Below, piece by piece: positions 30,601-31,498 of a stretch of 31,498 nt of DNA. Numbering within the stretch: position 1 is the first letter of the stretch; the number at the start of each line of letters is the position of its first letter. The notes below the pieces were generated by a model. That model did no database searches. It was given only the letters and a program-made list of their open reading frames with translations, and was not told the DNA's origin. The DNA lies in contig JBHLLU010000047.1 in NCBI GenBank assembly GCA_048938895.1, positions 1 to 31,498 of the forward strand. Reading direction: 5' to 3'. Both the position numbers and the translations under genes were made by a program. This DNA comes from Promethearchaeota archaeon. GTDB lineage: Archaea; Asgardarchaeota; Lokiarchaeia; Sigyniarchaeales; SOKP01.

Positions 30601-31498
30601 TTAAAGGTACCAGAAAACTATAATAGGTACCAAATAATAGGATATAAAGGTAGTAAAAAACAGTAGTGCCTGCTATAATCAATTCTATAAAAATTTGAGT
30701 TTCTATAACTCCCGAACTATATTTCTCTTTCAAATTATTCTTCCTTAATATGTAGTATGTAAAAGTTAGAATGCCAAATGCTATATATAGGGTAAAATTA
30801 AATGTTGACATTGGGTCAATAGATATCCCTCTCCGAATTAGCTCCAAATGAACAGTTGTAGGAATTAAAGTAAGGAAAATAGCAAGTAATATACAATCTA
30901 TCAACAAAATTCGTCGAATATATTCCTTTAAAATATCTTTTTTAAGCATATAATAAATAGGGAAGAACAGAAGTGAAAATAGACATAAAGAAGGTATCAA
31001 AAATACGTAGTATGTATTTCTAGTTAATAAAAATGAAAAATAATATGCTATCCCTGCGGTAAATGTGAGTGTAATAATATTCATCCTTGCTGTTAAAAAT
31101 ACTGAAAAAATAAATTCCCTTCTCGATAGTAGATTAGCTAAGACCGTTATTATTAATAGAGAGAAGTATAATGAAAAAATAATATCAAGAGCTATAATCG
31201 TGAAAAAGAAGAAGAAGGATAATGCGAAAAGTTCTCCTGTGATTATAAAGGAATTTATATTGGTGTATTTGTCAACAATTTCCCCTTTTATCTTTCCTAA
31301 TTTTAATCCAAACTTGATATCAAGTTGACTAAAGACAGATAAAAATAAGAAACCTAAGGTTAAATATACAAGGTCTGGTATTGAACTTATTATTATTACG
31401 ATAAATAGATCTAATGTTAATATCCATATCAAATAATAACTAAAAATGATGAATTGTTCACGAGTTAATAGTGATACAATATAATCTAAAGCAATAAA
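24653..31498 (-). CDS. Giant polytopic membrane protein (>2280 aa, N-terminus beyond the window)
   Basis: The frame stays open from 31432 to the last base (FIALDYIVSLLTREQFIIFSYYL...). It consists almost entirely of hydrophobic helices with short Lys-rich loops. Confidence 0.85.
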   Translation of the reverse strand, partial: FIALDYIVSLLTREQFIIFSYYLIWILTLDLFIVIIISSIPDLVYLTLGFLFLSVFSQLDIKFGLKLGKIKGEIVDKYTNINSFIITGELFALSFFFFFTIIALDIIFSLYFSLLIITVLANLLSRREFIFSVFLTARMNIITLTFTAGIAYYFSFLLTRNTYYVFLIPSLCLFSLLFFPIYYMLKKDILKEYIRRILLIDCILLAIFLTLIPTTVHLELIRRGISIDPMSTFNFTLYIAFGILTFTYYILRKNNLKEKYSSGVIETQIFIELIIAGTTVFYYLYILLFGTYYSFLVPLIAASVFFYLPSIFSYRKRYFGEKIVKNSLMVNSIFLSGLIILIPIIVGLEFTRLGLEINYYLIIASSLILLFLVLKFLTIVSNWYSPEGRWKNTLRLIQAFSWISISLFVDFSIISYVLIEISISISIFIFFVLNIYTVRLLVSYSKEARFIHSLEEILLYGLVLSFSFLIVSIIQFSEILTSIPSYLRDLNAIWYIGLFLLTFLPLIRLFSAQVRIAFIKVNNGIGLGSWLVLKIILCMFISIILSYSILSLIIIFLLTFTFFTPITLSYLKKLNIFSEINRILIKKMMLGIFIISTLILYLEFSLQLTQNVAIFNNNVFLKYSFIFANGFQYLYYFMKRFNKIIEEYSTLDTIGFYITAFLLFFSLLYVFEIVYVVPLLITLILLLYRRSIKFDLLNLIFRFLSYFLLSYVIYLDLLSVFSDFEILGSFNFTLLGFLVSMNLITFITVLLLSIWLNYRKNNNIEKLVLYSLCSCLSFVLLSTYTSILLLYNITISLFIFLLFVGIYFYRQNNDLYKWFIRPCVLLLVFDFISFISYAILFNNPTYISFSPVLTFTLTMSITGFTFILLYNKAPVRFRKISFYFILIAIIFSFPLFLYCLIISSIPGLVGDPIPIIIVINIGVFLYYLCVGIYHWKVSWAIWKSGWYVWNILPFANFWIIYRSLSGVDILTESIQLFGIFEVKGSSILAVIICTLFFLPVLYTKIKKNFLKIILIIWGESLFLLYWISQNLFTQDIGLRYLSFFLFSVFLLMPFLVGLKYWKLTSLFWLGLMGINVFFLYFYLISIGLQFDMIVAIDILVAGLFLVVYSFFPNIRSIGIVLLTSYCIVLIGIFLVIYFLIYSIILDIVVSINISFIVMGFSLFSSKPLKLVNKLINQVLSWILIINFSWFTFNTFSLFPGLEIFALFLAMTVFGSSFFIFNRYKMKFHINKAIPFLITAIGASASISTLVSTLYNLSIYNEISIFSGFFTIFLYFLVVDYRYFLWILIPIPITLPILGYLVSVPLIRSIWILGFLCFSTIYLLLFQIIINLFKAKPREGVKEIENSIMRIYEDRNQFKLLNFTCILLNSAFISLLISILSPLVMHQSLFSGITYVYQILDFLMIWPFFILLSLKYIEKSEFDLKIKDPLLQFNRICFSIYLLIPTALSITILLFMLYIEVDIIISSFMFFLSLSGVIFFEVYILDRRIFYYLFNSIRDKFIFWSWTAFCNIFSFFFFSFYPNPFLLLVLISLLNQISLTFLSYFDIPREKISNGRILLFYILFISGSFYLGSLISEGIVNLIDELRGIPYYTLLFQNSFLIIFILSIFLVKVDTRMKSLIELIIFAVFQSLFAINWIIIFTLFDVLNIFSIILIIVIETCFLFKTVKYLNVLFFETKKPNFLTRMFSLLIILLYFEISTLFYGLMSEVAHAGFLESLLVSQLSFFTLTLLDIYSIKKIKRGFAQLIHTLSFFIISLMIFLILNNLVSQYQILLSIEALIFIILQFYTNYSLFTSLKYLNTEKTETYKKWRSNLDHILGLSIYLNLCIILLQALILLNADFLLILLSLSLLIHVLMIIDISLTKFLGRFAKHPTMWISWVLIMIFTTSYLFWLYGEYFIGFLSTSIPLIIFVLILEMAYLFRLLNFWQYFIMKKEKFKSALIIISYSNFISWPIYFARMEVVYLLNLFIISLVLMFFFTYIDKILGVLKEKLLKVVRNSSFLTIGVLLSINCFLGLQNVPNTTFWLNLSTSSLISVVFLGIIVKPFKEHSFKAFIFWAALFLLSSEILAELTQFWQIVLIVGILMIPIYAFVFLLEELRELLNRLVDFLTKVLRNIERIIINGFKAILNFIKKYFKIIWFLFSASFAIFLGVLLSEFVFGVLLGPIHPTLLTLAIFAFLILVVPSSKSEDPDIVFKRRILRLSYGWGSAISFLFIYIPPVGYIFTIFISIAVAGSIVLIFMRRKEEREKISVRRRFYTLLILFILLIFFGILFTIQLLILNF

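Noticed and set aside
6326-31328. Other antisense or nested ORFs in the track (e.g. 6326-6601, 7559-7741, 17935-19332, 19577-19951, 20718-20945, 22127-22333, 24480-24677, 25362-31328)
   Set aside because: They are mostly shadows of longer coding genes; 24480-24677 is low-complexity AT-rich promoter DNA. None has SD signals or recognisable domains.

Overview
AT-rich archaeal DNA that looks like Asgard Lokiarchaeia (Promethearchaeia): it has a longin-like protein, a TPR plus Zn-finger protein, a TrmB regulator, TATA-type promoters and GGTG/GAGG Shine-Dalgarno sites. The taxonomy is inferred from gene content, not from a search. The left end holds a split PolB2 damage-tolerance cassette (3' end of a RadA-like gene, a small PolB2-partner gene and polB2). 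The standout feature follows directly: two tandem copies of a 359-bp non-coding unit, exactly 512 bp apart and about 84% identical by hand count. Each copy has a TATA box, a ~290-nt multi-branched fold with UUCG/GNRA tetraloops and many compensatory base-pair changes between copies, and a U-tract. This points to a duplicated large structured ncRNA that I cannot match to RNase P, SRP, tRNA, rRNA or known ribozymes. The middle holds SnoaL-like, TPR and GyrI-like genes, a 43-aa four-Cys protein missing from the ORF track, a TrmB-family regulator with palindromic operators, an acyl-CoA dehydrogenase, a probable pseudogene and a GH20 hexosaminidase. The right part holds an acyl-CoA ligase, a membrane-anchored HEAT-repeat gene coupled to a LIV-type ABC operon, and a >2280-aa polytopic membrane protein that runs off the window end.
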